The position numbers and the translations under genes are program-made. A stretch of 64,000 nt of DNA from Pavona decussata (Eukaryota). This document shows, in pieces, positions 50,460-62,773 of the stretch (position 1 is the first letter of the stretch; each line of letters begins with the position of its first letter). The notes under the pieces are model-generated. The model saw nothing but the letters and a program-made list of their open reading frames with translations, made no database searches and was not told where the DNA came from. The DNA lies in assembly GCA_977016875.1 (NCBI GenBank), contig CDRNST010000002.1, positions 2,790,001 to 2,854,000 of the forward strand, in the 5' to 3' direction.

Positions 50460-52731
50460 TTAAGTAGTTTTTAACATTTAAACAGTTTTAATGTTATTCA
50501 TTCATACCATGTTAAGAAATTACCCCTTGTAAAGGATAGATAAGTCGTTTTGCATTTACTTCGTCTTGTAAATAGTAGCAATTTTTTTCCCGAATGATGT
50601 GAATTAAACTTTTTGCGATGCGATTCCATTTTCAACAAAAGAGAAATCAGGAAGCCAACAAAATCAGTCTAGCCATCATACACAAAACGACAAAAAAATA
50701 CCATTTTCAAGTTCGAGGTAGAAAGCAATTTGTATGATAGTTCTTGTATTTGCGTGAAAAATATAACTTTCGCGGACATTTGTCAAAGGCTTATAATCTA
50801 TGCCTATTTACATTGGGGGCCTATTCCGGTTGCGGATTCACTATGTATATAAGATTAGGAGGTGATCCGGGTACCCGGGAATCCGGATCCCTCGCCAAAA
50901 CCGAGCTACCTTGAGACTTACAGTTTTTTTTACACACTACATTGAAGTGTTTGCATGGTAGAAGCAGGAGCCCATTACCAGGAGCGTGCAATTCCTTTAT
51001 ATTCGTGTAACGGCGTTCTTATAGACCTATTTATTTTTAGATTGAAGTTCGCACAAAGTCAGTCTCCCACGGGAGCCTTACTAACTAGTCTTATGGTTTG
51101 CATAATTCTCACGTCAACCACTGAACTGATACTATTCCATGCGTATCTTAAAATAAACCGATCTGTAAAAACACCATAGCAAAGGGTTTGTATAGAAGTT
51201 GTACACTGCGAGTAACGGGCTGGTAGAACGCACTATCCACCGAATCGGGCTGTCTTTTATTGTATCTGAACGGTCAAAACAAGGGCACTGGCTACCCATT
51301 TTAATTTGTAGTAACGATTTTTCCTTTGAATTTAAATGTGGACATAACTTTGAAGGGAAACGGTCCCAGTTTTTCGAATTCGTTTTACCTGTCGACAAAT
51401 AATAGTAACATTGTATTTTTTCGGGTAAATGCTTTTTACGAGTTTTGACTTGGGGCTATCATTCTGGCAAAATCATTCAAAAACAACTCAGACAAAAATA
51501 AAAATAATAACAATAAAAAAGGTTCGAAGGCCATCAAAAACGATAGAGAACGTTTCCGAAAATTTATTTAGTCTCAATCTCGGAATATGTTGTTGAAAAT
51601 CGACAAAGTACAATTATAGATAATTTAGTTAGAGCGTATTTGTCGAAGACAATCCCATTTCCCACACCACGACACACGTCAATGACTTGGACATAGCCTA
51701 CTAGGATATAAAATTTACGAGTAAAGGAGGGCTGTGTTTTAGCTCGACTTGATTAACTCGCCTACCTGGGTGGTCTGCTTACAATGTAAACAGGGCCTTA
51801 AGCACACTTAGTCGTCACTGAAATCAAGATTCGTGCTGGACGTTTGAACTGCACTTTTGTGGGAAAAAAGTTGGTAACGCTATACGGTGCTTCTTGTTCT
51901 TTATTCTTCGTGTAGAACACGCCTCATCTATTTGGAGGTGATGTGGTTAAGTAAATAAATTGTAAAGCGATACATAGTCAATTTTGCTCGTGTGGGTTTT
52001 CACCAACAATATTTGTCGTAATTCAATGCCATCCAGGAAGTTTTTTTTACGATGGAAGATCGGCATTGTTTATATTGAAAAGCAGAAATAGTTTGAATAT
52101 TCTGTTCTGATTCCATTTTGAGACCAGTACAGTTCTAATGTTGGCCGGAGCTGCTTTGTTGCAGGCCTTAAGTCGGACCGGACAGCGACCTGCAGGTAAA
52201 TGGATAGTAGGTCTTGCGGCATCACACTTGAACTGCTTCCCACTTTCCGATGGGTTTCAAAAGACACTTTTTATCATCTGGAAGACTCCTTTGTCGGTTA
52301 TGATTAAACAACAAGCGGTATTACTTCATGTCGTTCAATTTTTAGTTTGTAGTTATGTTTTAAACCCAAGCCAAACAATAAAGGGGACCGACCGCCATGG
52401 CGGCCTTCTTTTTGAAATAACTAAAGTAATTCGTGATCATCATACTATATTATTCTTAGATCATAATGGGTGTAGTTTCGATAAAACACAGGCAAGGTGT
52501 TGTAACGAGTTTATGTCAATGATTACTCAAGAGATAGATTTTTTACCCGATCACAGAAAGAATTAACAGAAAATATTTAAACTCTGAAAGGAAAGATTGC
52601 AGATTCTATCATTGTGTAGAAAAAAAGCAAACATTTTGTCCAATTAAGGAGAGCGGCTTTGAAGTTGCAGCTGAAGTTTGCTAACTGTAAAGAGCGAAAA
52701 CGCTTTAAAGTTCTGACGGAAGGAACAAAAC

Positions 52732-53073
52732 TGTCCAGTTTTTCAATTATTAGTTTTGATATTTTAATGAGGTTTGATCCTACACCTGTAGCGGGCTTTG
52801 TCTGAAATTATTACAAGATACACAGTTTAGGAGCTTACTTCAATTTTTTTGGCATATTTACTGAATAGTTTAAATTAAGGAAAATAAAGAAGACACGATT
52901 TCTTGTCCAGTTTTTCAATTATTAGTTTTGATATTTTAATGAGGTTTGATCCTACACCTGTAGCGGGCTTTGTCTGAAATTATTACAAGATACACAGTTT
53001 AGGAGCTTACTTCAATTTTTTTTGGCATATTTACTGAATAGTTTAAATTAAGGAAAATAAAGAAGACACGATT
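52732..53073 (+). repeat. 172-bp near-perfect tandem duplication upstream of paralog 3
   Basis: TGTCCAGTTTTTCAATTATTAG...AAGAAGACACGATTT starts at 52732 and again at 52904. Confidence 0.92.
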
Positions 53074-53435
53074 TGTTTATCAAGTCTTGCCTATCACGCG
53101 ACAAATGGAAGTTATAACAAATCTAAGTAAATCCATATTTATAGTATTTGTAATAAAGAAGATACCGAATTCTCGAGTGCCTTAAAAGTTGCTAAAATTT
53201 AGTCTTAAAATATTATCGTTTAATGAACAAAAGTAAACGATATCGTTAGCTGCGGTCGAATGTTTGATGTGTCCTTCAAACAGTGGGCTTGTTCGTTATT
53301 AGCAGCTGTCGTGTGCACAATCCCGAGTTTTTCTTTGTGAAGGATTCTTTTGACAACTATAGCAAAGCGTACGCCGCCATTGTTTGGTTTGTTTGTTGAA
53401 GGCGCTCGAGGCATAATGAATTAGGTAGATGAAAG

Positions 53436-53443
53436 TATAAAAA
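53436..53443 (+). promoter_or_regulatory. Putative TATA box of paralog 3
   Basis: TATAAAAA lies 78 bp upstream of the ATG at 53514. Confidence 0.45.
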
Positions 53444-53513
53444 AGATAAAAAATATAGAGGGAGTGGTAGCATTACCTTGATCAATCCTTTAGGCTTAAC
53501 AAAAATATTCACG

Positions 53514-54738
53514 ATGAAAGTATCATTGCTTAGATTACTCGTGGCCGCCACTGTTTTGGTAATAGCCTGGCACAAAAAATCAAGTTTGTTTGTCGACGGA
53601 GAAGGTGAGGATTATAAATTGTTTACAGAGGCATAAACCTATTAAATAGAAAGATAGAAGATGCGTTGTCCTTTTGTCTAAAATGATATAGCGAGAACCT
53701 CGTTTTTCTTTATATTAATAGAGAGATTTGAATCGCGTTTATGGCAAACGGCAAACGTGAAATTTGTGTTTATGTTTTCTTGAAATAATAAGTACAGTCA
53801 ACTCTCGCCTTGCGGACACCTCGCTATTACGGACACTCCGATAATACGGACAGCAGCTAAGTCTCCGGCAAAACTAGATTACAGACGTTTGACTGAAATA
53901 AATTCCCGCTATTACGGACTCCCGCTATTAAGGACACTAATTCGTGGTCCCGAGGGTGTCCGCAAGATTCTGGCCTTTCATACTAACGCAAAACTATTAA
54001 ATTTTCTGAGAAGCTGAAACCAGCGAGCGGCAAAGGAAAGATAAACATGCCATGTGGTCATTTCTGTCGTTTGCCGTTTGACGTAAGAGTAATTCTAAAG
54101 CTCTCCAGTATTGCCAAATGCATACGCCTAGGGGTTTTAATGTCCCAGGATCATGAGTCCAGTTTAGCAGGTACTAAAATAATCAGAGGAATACTGAAGA
54201 CTTGCATTTGGTTTCGAGTAGTAGTAGTAGTAGTAGGGATCCTTCAGTCTCGGGAGACAATGGTGTGCGCCCTGTTGGGTCAGTCTTTCTGTTGAGAGCA
54301 GCGCCGGATGTGGCTCAGCAGTCCAATCCAAGCATGGCAGTCTCTGCCGCTATTGTTGCACGCAAAGTGACATATATTTTGCTTTTCTAAGAAATATTTT
54401 TTGTTATGGCGTACTTTTCTTATCGTCTTCATAGAATGACGGAAGGTTTTTTCAAAGAAATAATTTTTATCAATTGGGGCGAGCAAACTTTCATTCATCA
54501 ATCCTCTAAGGACTGGAACAACTTAGACAATGACATTAAATACAGCAAATCATTGTCCCTTTTTAAGGCAAAGCTTAAAAGGTTGTGAATGATGCACTTT
54601 CTGATTGTTTAGCTATTTTTAAATTCGTTTGATATCGTGAAATCATTTTTTAGGTAATTTTTTTGTTATTTTGTATTTTATTTTTAATTTGAAGGGCCCC
54701 ACTGAAAACCGCCAAGGCGAGTGGGCTCCCTGGATAAA

Positions 54739-54807
<69 letters not shown>

Positions 54808-57087
54808 CATGATAGACTACATTTTAAGTCTTGTGATATTAAACCTCTTCTATTTACTAAATTACAATTATCCTTATATTACCGCTCATTGCGGAAGGAT
54901 TAACGCCTCAGTCAAATTATTACATTGTTGCCTTTACATTTTTCACTTACTTTTTTCTCGTTATGATTTTATAATATTCTTTTTATTTTCTTTAATTTTA
55001 ATCACTTTGGCGAGAAACATTTAAGATTTACTACTTGCTGGTAGAAAAGATCAATGTAAGTTACTATTATTATTTCATCTTCTTAGATGTTAGATTTGAA
55101 CCAGTGGGATGTTTTAAGGACACCATATCCCCTCCAAGGCCTCTTCCTGTTCTTGTTAAGAACTTCCGATGGCCATCCCAAATAGACTGGAATAACTTGA
55201 ATAGGACCATCAGAGCATGCGCTGAGGAAGTCAAGGAAGCTGGATTCATATACTTCGGACTTCAGTTTTATGGTGAATGCTGGAGTGGACCGAAGGCTCA
55301 CTTAACCTATAATGAAGACGGGGAGTCAAAACGCTGTGTATCAGGCGTAGGCAAGGACAGGACCAACTTTGTTTATCGGCTTGTTTTTGAAGGTAAGGTT
55401 TGTACACAAAAATGGTACCTCTTTCTTCAATGCCAGTTGTTGGTTAAGATTTGCCTTGAGTTGTAGCACTTCCAAGACCCATGGTAAACGCCCATTTCTC
55501 GGCTAAAGCAGTAAGCACAAGCGCTGCTTTGTCTTGGCATAGTTTAATAGAAAACGTTTGCATTAACGAGAGCTATTGTTGACTCAATAGAAGTGAGGGA
55601 ATAAAGTTTTCATAAACCTATCAAGTTCAAGTTTTCAAGTTTATTCAAAAATGTTAACATAAAATCCAAAGACAACACTAACCGCGTGGCCCAGTGGTAA
55701 GCAAGGGCGCCGAACTTTGAATCCGGAGGTCCCGGGTTCACGCCCCGCCTCGGCCACGCTTGTATTATAAAATAGCCAGCTGGTTTGCCTCCTGCCAGTA
55801 GGGATTTTTAACATGTTATGTTCGATTTGATTATTATTTGTTTCCCGTTATTTCTGAGTGGAATGCTGGTAAACTAGCTTTGGGTAGCTAAGTGCATTTC
55901 CACCATAAACAAAGCATCTAACCCGCAAGTATCTAGAGCTAATCTAGGCGGGTAGTGAGAAGACTAATTTACAAGAATTAATTACAGTTTGCAGAAATCT
56001 ATATACAATTCGTCAGTGAGCCATACAAACATTGAAGAAAAGAAAAATAAAATAAAATAAGTGAACATATGAAAAAAAGAAATGAGATGATTCGTCTTGT
56101 AACACCTTCACTACCGAGGCGTCAAATAAATAAAAAATGTTAAAAAAATCAAACGGCGCCAAAGAGAAGTGCTGCTGATTAACAGCTTTCGTGGGATTGG
56201 TCACGTTTGTTATCATTCAAAATAAAATAAGAAAAAAAACAAACAAACAAACAAATAAAAAAAAAGGAAAAACAGAGACAGAAAAAACAAACAAAACAAC
56301 AAAAACCACAACAATAGAAAATCAAAAAAAAAAAAAAAAGAAGAACAATAATACAGAATAACAAATTGAGAGACATAAAAAACTTCTTAATAACTTTTAT
56401 TTTAATGGTTAAGAATTCTAGTCGAGGTGGAACGTTAACGGAGTTTAATATTTCATGATCAGTTAGAAAATGAAACATTTTGGCCTCTTATGTTGCCATC
56501 ACCCCGTTAAGGGAAAGTCTGAATTTTTATCATCTGATCCATAGAATGCACCCATCATAGTCGAGGTGGAAGGTGGAATAGTCGAGGTGAAAATCAAACA
56601 TTTTGGCCACTTATGTTGCCATGCACTTGTCCTCGAGTTACCAAACTTTCGTTGTGGTTCTAAAGTTTAAGAAAGTCTTTTGAAAATGTTTATCATCTGA
56701 TCCATAGAATGCAGCCATTATAAAGTTCTCGATGCGCCTGATCGCTCAATTCACCATCCCTACACGCCAGAGGCGGCTTGCGACTACAGTCTCCCTTCGG
56801 CATGGTACAGATTCCAAGGGGAAGCCGGAAATGCTATGGCCAGTGAGTGTCCCAGTCCATTCACGTGCGGGACCATTGTACCGGGATGGTTAAAAGGAGA
56901 TCTTCCTTCAGTTCAGGAAGGAGTTGTTTCTAGAACGATCTGCTTTCTTCAAAACAGAGACTGCTGCTACAGGTCGGTTGAAGCTGAAGTTCGTAATTGC
57001 GCTGGATTTTACGTGTACAAGCTTAGGTCAGCGCCATATTGTCAAATACGATATTGTGGAAACGGAAATCTAGTAAGTGATAAATAA
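53514..57087 (+). CDS. Secreted WSC-like + D8C/D10C protein, paralog 3, ~258 aa; exons 53514-53604, 55087-55392, 56708-57087 (or spliced at 57072 to a short last exon such as 58249-58269)
   Basis: Signal peptide MKVSLLRLLVAATVLVIAW. Phase-1 GT-AG introns. VGCFKD...NFR...IDW...FGLQFYGECWSG...NFVY. ECSHYKVLDAPDR...CD...WYRFQGEAGNAM..C.....CGT..PGWL.G..P...VRNCAGFYVY...C..RYCG with ten Cys. A GTAAGT at 57073 makes the C-terminus ambiguous. Confidence 0.88.
53719..54107. mobile_element. MITE containing a nested TA-CAGTC (Tc1/mariner-pogo-like) MITE at ~53793-53967
   Basis: Outer TIRs AGAGAGATTTGAATCGCGTTTATGGCAAACGGCA / TTGCCGTTTGACGTAAGAGTAATTCTAAAGCTCTC, with a related uninterrupted copy at ~42078-42310. 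The inner element starts TACAGTCAACTCTCGCCTTGCGGACACC. Confidence 0.6.
54217..54360 (-). mobile_element. 3' end fragment of an RTE-like LINE with a (TAC)n tail
   Basis: Minus strand SGRDCHAWIGLLSHIRRC matches the RTE terminal Cys/His motif and is followed by (TAC)n. Confidence 0.6.
54470..54807 (+). mobile_element. 5'-truncated L2/CR1-group LINE 3' end with a (TAT)n tail
   Basis: EQTFIHQSSKDWNNLDNDIKYSKSLSLFKAKLK* matches the conserved WNxL...SL..FK C-terminus. The 3' UTR ends in ~22 TAT units (54739-54807). Confidence 0.7.
55682..55918 (+). mobile_element. tRNA(Gln)-derived SINE, second copy, in paralog 3 intron 55393-56707
   Basis: Same head and body as 41021-41284; its B box carries mismatches (GGTTCACGCCC). 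Confidence 0.85.
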
Positions 57088-57439
57088 AAGGATGCTATTT
57101 TAGTTTTATTTTTGAGCGATATAAACGTTTCAAGAACAACATGTAGAAGCTTTGTAAAGCCAATTTCAAGGCAATTCAAAATTTCACTCAACATTGTGTA
57201 ATATTGCCTGATCAAGCACAGCAAAGGGAGGGCTGCCGGGGATGTTTTTAACACGTTTCTTTTTCCATTTAAGTTCCAGTATCAACCGATCTGTTCTCCG
57301 TACTTTTCTTCATATATCTCTAACGTAACTAGTAAGGAGAATCTGTTTGAATATCAATAATGTTTCGGTGATCATGGTGGTGTGGTGTTGTAGTAATTGG
57401 GAAGATGTTATGTTGTAAGAAGGTCATTGCTGCGGCTTA

Positions 57440-57720
57440 AACGGCCGTGTGTAAGCGCATTGGTGATTGGTGAGCACGTTGCCGGAACGTCAGATCTAAC
57501 GGTTGTTGGTTCAAAACATTACCCTAGGCCTTGTAACTGTTTTGTTTCCTTTGACAAGAACCTTTGCTCCACATTGTCCCTGTTCATTCAGCTGTTTAAG
57601 AGGGCATTGGTCAGAAGCTGCTGAGGGTAACCCTGTGATAGACTAGCATCCCATCCAGGGAGGAGTAGCAATACTCATGGTCGCTTCATGTTACAGATAC
57701 CAAGATAAAAGCTCTGGCCG
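57440..57720 (+). mobile_element. Older degenerate SINE-like element
   Basis: Degenerate tRNA-like head (GGTTCAAAAC) followed by TTTCCTTTGACAAGAACCTTTGCTCCACATTGTC...GACTAGCATCCCATCCAGGGAGGAGTAGCAATACTC. Confidence 0.45.
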
Positions 57721-60460
57721 ACGTGTGGTCTCTGAAAGCATACTTGTGACTTTAAAATAGTAGCCCATCGTTTGGGGGCCTAATGAGTTGTACTTATTTT
57801 GCCACTTTGCTGTGACATGAAGTGCAGTGCAAGATACCGGCCGTGTAGCATCATGTCTGATTTTGTTCAAAATTTCTGCGAAACGATAATGAAATTGCGC
57901 TAATATAGTACAGATCAAAGCAATTTTCATCGGTGTACAAGCGAAACGGGTAAAACAGGTATTGATTAAGAAGATAGCGACAACATCGGGATTCAGAATC
58001 ATAAGGACCGTTCAGCTCGCGATGAAAATCGCAAGTGTAAACTGGCGGCGATTTCAGTGCAGTTTAGCTGCGATTTCCCCTTAAAGCTACGTCGCATAAG
58101 GTTTCAAAACTCTGCGATGTCGTCACTACAAACCGCAGTCAAATCGCTGTTGGTTAACATTTCAATTTTCATCGCTAGGTCGAACGCAATCAAAGTTACA
58201 CAAGTTTGTATTTTTCACCGTTTTATTTTATTTGTCCTGTTTCTATAGAGTTACTTGGTGCCTAAATGATATCAAGGACTAAATCACATGTTTTGATCGA
58301 TATTTCAGAATTAATGCTTGATTATTTCATTTATTATCATCCACATGTTAATATATTCATTATTTTCTTAGGAATGAGCTGCTCGAAGATGTAAGAAGGA
58401 AAAAGAAAAATATATAAGCAAGAAATATTCATTGTATTAAGAATGAAAGTAAAATATATGCGAATTTTTGAAAGCTAAATAAACCAAATAAAACAATTCT
58501 CAAACGGGTCGTAAGTCTACTTCAGTACTTATTTGCTTCCCGAGTTGCCAACAAAGAGACCCTCTTTCGATTCATAGAACACACTTACCCAAAGAAAGAA
58601 ACGTGATTCCAACACTCTTCGTGTCCAAACAATTCCCTGCACTAAACCACCTTTCTGGAGTTACTGATCTAGATGGAAAATTAGTCACTGAAATGCACGT
58701 TTAAAAAGTATACTTAAGCCGTTATATACCACAGAGCTAACCAAATATTGCATTTATTTTTATCAAAGGAACACAAGAAAAAACTCTGTTCTGAAGTTCA
58801 TTTTACATTGAAACTTAACCTGTTCCATGGTCTGTTTAGCTCAAGGTTGAGTTCTTCCGGAATAACTCTTGGATTAGGAAGCTGTATGTAAGCAGTATCG
58901 CCAAGTATTGTTAACCAAATACGTAAATGTTTATAAATTTGTCAGCGTTACTTTATTCTTTATCACTGACTTCTTTCTATTTTTTCCCAAAGACTATTAA
59001 AACTTTTCAAGCGGCGTGCGATATTACTTTTAGACTGGGTTCCTTGTAGTTATCTATTTTAGTAAGTGCAGAGTCTATATTGCATTCTCGCATTTCACCA
59101 TTGTTACGATTCCACTCTTAAATACTCTTCCTCTTTCCATCTTTTGTTTTGCTTTGATTTGCATTGCGGCAATAAAGTCGCGGGAACAGCATCCTTTGCT
59201 TATGCTACGATACCTGCAGTGCCTTGGAGTTCAGTCAGTGTATTCCATGTCCTTTTTCAAACTTCATTAGAACTGCTAGCGAACTTTATAAAAGGAAATT
59301 TCTTAAGGCGGGGGAAGGGATGTTTTTCAAAGGGAACTTGAAGGTCCTAATTAAAGATATCGACAGTAGTGCCGCGGCGGATTCAACTCCCGGAAGATCC
59401 TTCACGTGACTGTCATTTCCGGGAATAAAATAACAGCTCTACAGCCGGCTGTCAAAGATTTCCTAGTTACTTTTAGAAAATCAGGGAAGTTTCGAATTTC
59501 ATACAGTTATTTACTTCTGCTTGGGGTTGTTTTCTGACTAATTGTTTTTTCGGCATAAATGAAATTATCGCTGGTTCGCATACCATTCTGAACTAAAAAT
59601 TAAGGACGCATTTATCCTTATTCCTAATATATAATAACAGCCGTCTTACCATACATACCATACCATAGGGTCATAATTAATGCCGTTAAAAAGGGAATAA
59701 AAGACACAAAAGCGTTTTTTGAAAACATATACCAAGTCCGTCATTAAGCAAACTTACTAAAAAACGGCGTCTATGAGAGAAACCCGAGGTACGTACGTTG
59801 TTTTAAACGTTAAATAAATAATTCATTTCATTTTAACCTAAATAGAGTTTCTTACAACAGAAAAGAAAAGCAATTCGCCGCGGCTAATGTAGTTTTTATC
59901 CTTCTAAACAATAAAGGCGATGCCGCACCTTATGTCATTTAGTACCTTATTTATCACGTAATATTCTTGACGCAGAAATGTTTCCTGTACACTCTGTTAT
60001 TTAATGCCGATTAACTGATGTATGTGGTATTTACTTCGAGTGCCAGCGCCTTCCCTTATCAAGTACCGCCCTCAATCAAAATCACACATAAGAGCAAAAA
60101 TTCTAAAAAGCTCCGTCCTTTAATAAACGCAGCACCTTTAAGCAAAAACGCGGCGCTCATTCGAAAACACAACCTCTAGAGTGAGAAGGTTGTTAAAATA
60201 AAAATATAGGACTATTCGCATTTATTTTAAAGACACTGCAAAAGATGCAAATTGACCTTTATTTCATTTTCTTGTCTGTATGGTTTTAGAATCGATAAAG
60301 CGCCGGATAAAATTCTCGCCAAATTTAAGGAAGGCTTGGTGGTATTTTGAGTGAGTATGGAGTTTGTTTCCAATACATGGAGGGGAGGATAGTTTTAAGG
60401 TACCTTAGAGCCAATTTGATAAACTGGTTTATACATTGTCCCAAAGGTAATCGCATAGGA

Positions 60461-60612
60461 ATGGGCCATTTCCGAGTTGCAGTGAACCTCATTATTGCAA
60501 AGTTTTTATTATGAAAATTAGTTGCCATTCGTATGCAAACGAAACTAAAATTAAAATCATATGAAAAACTTTGCACTTAGCCTCACTTTCATCAGAGGTT
60601 CACACCAACTCG
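60461..60612. mobile_element. MITE copy (family of 24981-25156)
   Basis: ATGGGCCATTTCCGAGTTGC...CAACTCGG. Confidence 0.7.
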
Positions 60613-62773
60613 GATGACAATTATCCCTAATCTTTCATACTCCAAAACGGCGCTTCAAATGTTAAGGGAATGATGCTCGAGTCTTTTGGAAATCCTTCTA
60701 AATCGGATCAAAATATGTCTTAGAATATTCATTTTTTAGTCTCGAATTACATTGGTAGAACACACAGGCGCTAAATCGTGGGATGATATTAAACAAGTGC
60801 TGAGGTCGCGATCCGAAAAAACATGAAAATTTCTTTTTATCATAAAAATCTTGGAAAAAGTAGAGTGAAAAATCGATGTTTTGAGAAACCGGAAGAGACT
60901 TGCTTTAAATTATTGTTGTCCTAAAGGGTAGGGTATTAAAACTCGCGCTAAAGATTCTAACTACCTATATATGTATTTAATTTATCTTCTGACTCGACGA
61001 TATGAAGAAAACTCACTCGTAGTTTGTAATGCGCTCACAATAATATTAATCAGTTACTATTTATTTCACTGTTTGCTTTTAAAAAGACGTGTTTATTATC
61101 TTTAAGATGATATCTTTTGCAGTCCAGCCAATCCGTCTCCATCATAATTAAGGTTATTATGTTGTTTATTTTTCGGCTGTTAAGTTCTCGCCATTTTTAA
61201 GTGAGGGTAAATCAGGTAACGCCATTTAATGATACGTCGTGATATTTCACGATATCCCATTTACCAAGAGAGACCGTGAAGTCAGGTAAAAAAAGACATG
61301 CTTTGTTTTACAGGAGTTTTGACTTAAAACTTGTCTATTGTAAAAGATTCTGGAGTAATATACTTTCTTACTCTCCACTGTCGCAAAAGTTAAAGAAAAG
61401 CACTACTTTTAAAGTAATACTATATTACTAACGAAGCAAATCGGTAGCAGATGCAGAATTTGTCGTATGGTTTGGACCCAAAGCCAAAAGAAGGGTTTGG
61501 AATATGATAAAAAATGCTAAGGAAGAGTAAAAAGGGCAAGGTATTCGATTCTTTTCATTCTGACTCAAAGGGAAGGCTTCCCCTCCCCCTCCGGGCCCCT
61601 CCTTTCCTCCCTCTGGCACAAAATTTCCATGTACGGTGAGTGAATAACTTTGACCGCAATGTTAATTAAAACATTGTTTTGTTTTTACAATTAACAATTT
61701 CCCTGAACACTGCGAGTCCCTAGCCAGGTATTATACTACAAACTAAAACGAAGAAAGGTATAGGAAGACTGCTAATTACCTAATGTTGTTGGAGGTTAAA
61801 ACTTCAGTACCGGCTTCTCTTCCTAGCTTTGTGTAGACGCAAATGTAAATTCTAAATTTGACGGGAACGGAATGAAATGTTCGAAAAAGAACGAGTTGTT
61901 TTGGTGTCGATTGTCTTCGGATTAACACAGCCTTGCGCTAATACTTCATTTCATGAATATAGACTTAAATACGTTTGTACTACAGGTGTCATTAATGGCT
62001 GCCTTTAATATGCAGATTAAGGGAATTATGTAAGACGATTTAATTTCTGCACTTTCGCGCATTTTCCCCCGAAAACCTTTAAACAGGGGGAGAGCTTGGT
62101 ACTTTTCTAAACAACTAAATAGCTCCATCTAATGCAAAAGCCCTCGTCATTGGGAAATGGAGAAAAATGGGTTTTATTTTAAAGATTTAAAATTCAAAAT
62201 TGACAAGAAACACGACAGTCGTGTACTGCTACATAAAATATTCGTTTCACACGATATAACTCTCTCTTAAAAGGAGAATTCGAGAATTGCAATGTAGGAA
62301 TATATATTTTAACAAAACATATTTAAACGGCGTTACATTGAACATCGACAGAAAAATCAATTTGTAGCCACACAAAAACTCCGTAAAAGTGAACTAAACA
62401 TACATGACGTGTTATGCAAATATCCGGAGGACACATACTGCAACGGCGATAATTAACTTTGTTTAAGCCAAGTGCATTAGTTTAGATAGGGATAACGTGT
62501 AATTAGTTTATGGGAGATAGGAGTCAATTCTTATAGCAGCACAGAAAACAGCACTTTCCCCCTCTTCCTGAACGTACACGAGGTTTAATCGATCTGTCAG
62601 AGAGTTTCGACATTTTTCTTAACAGGTTTATCTGACCGGGGACAGCTGACAAGTCATTCAAGCCTACGGGGTCTCGCAGCTGATTCTGAAGCACTTCACC
62701 TGACCCATACACGCTTTTCTAGTTCCACTCAGCTTTAACCGCCCATAATATCCTCGACCTCAATCGCCGTACG

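Noticed and set aside
45914-50467. Duplicated ORFs (82-85 aa) as genes
   Set aside because: They are mirror images produced by the TIRs, start at non-ATG codons and have no recognisable motifs.
54671-55024. Poly-Ile / poly-Tyr membrane-like ORFs
   Set aside because: Translations of the (TAT)n LINE tail inside an intron.
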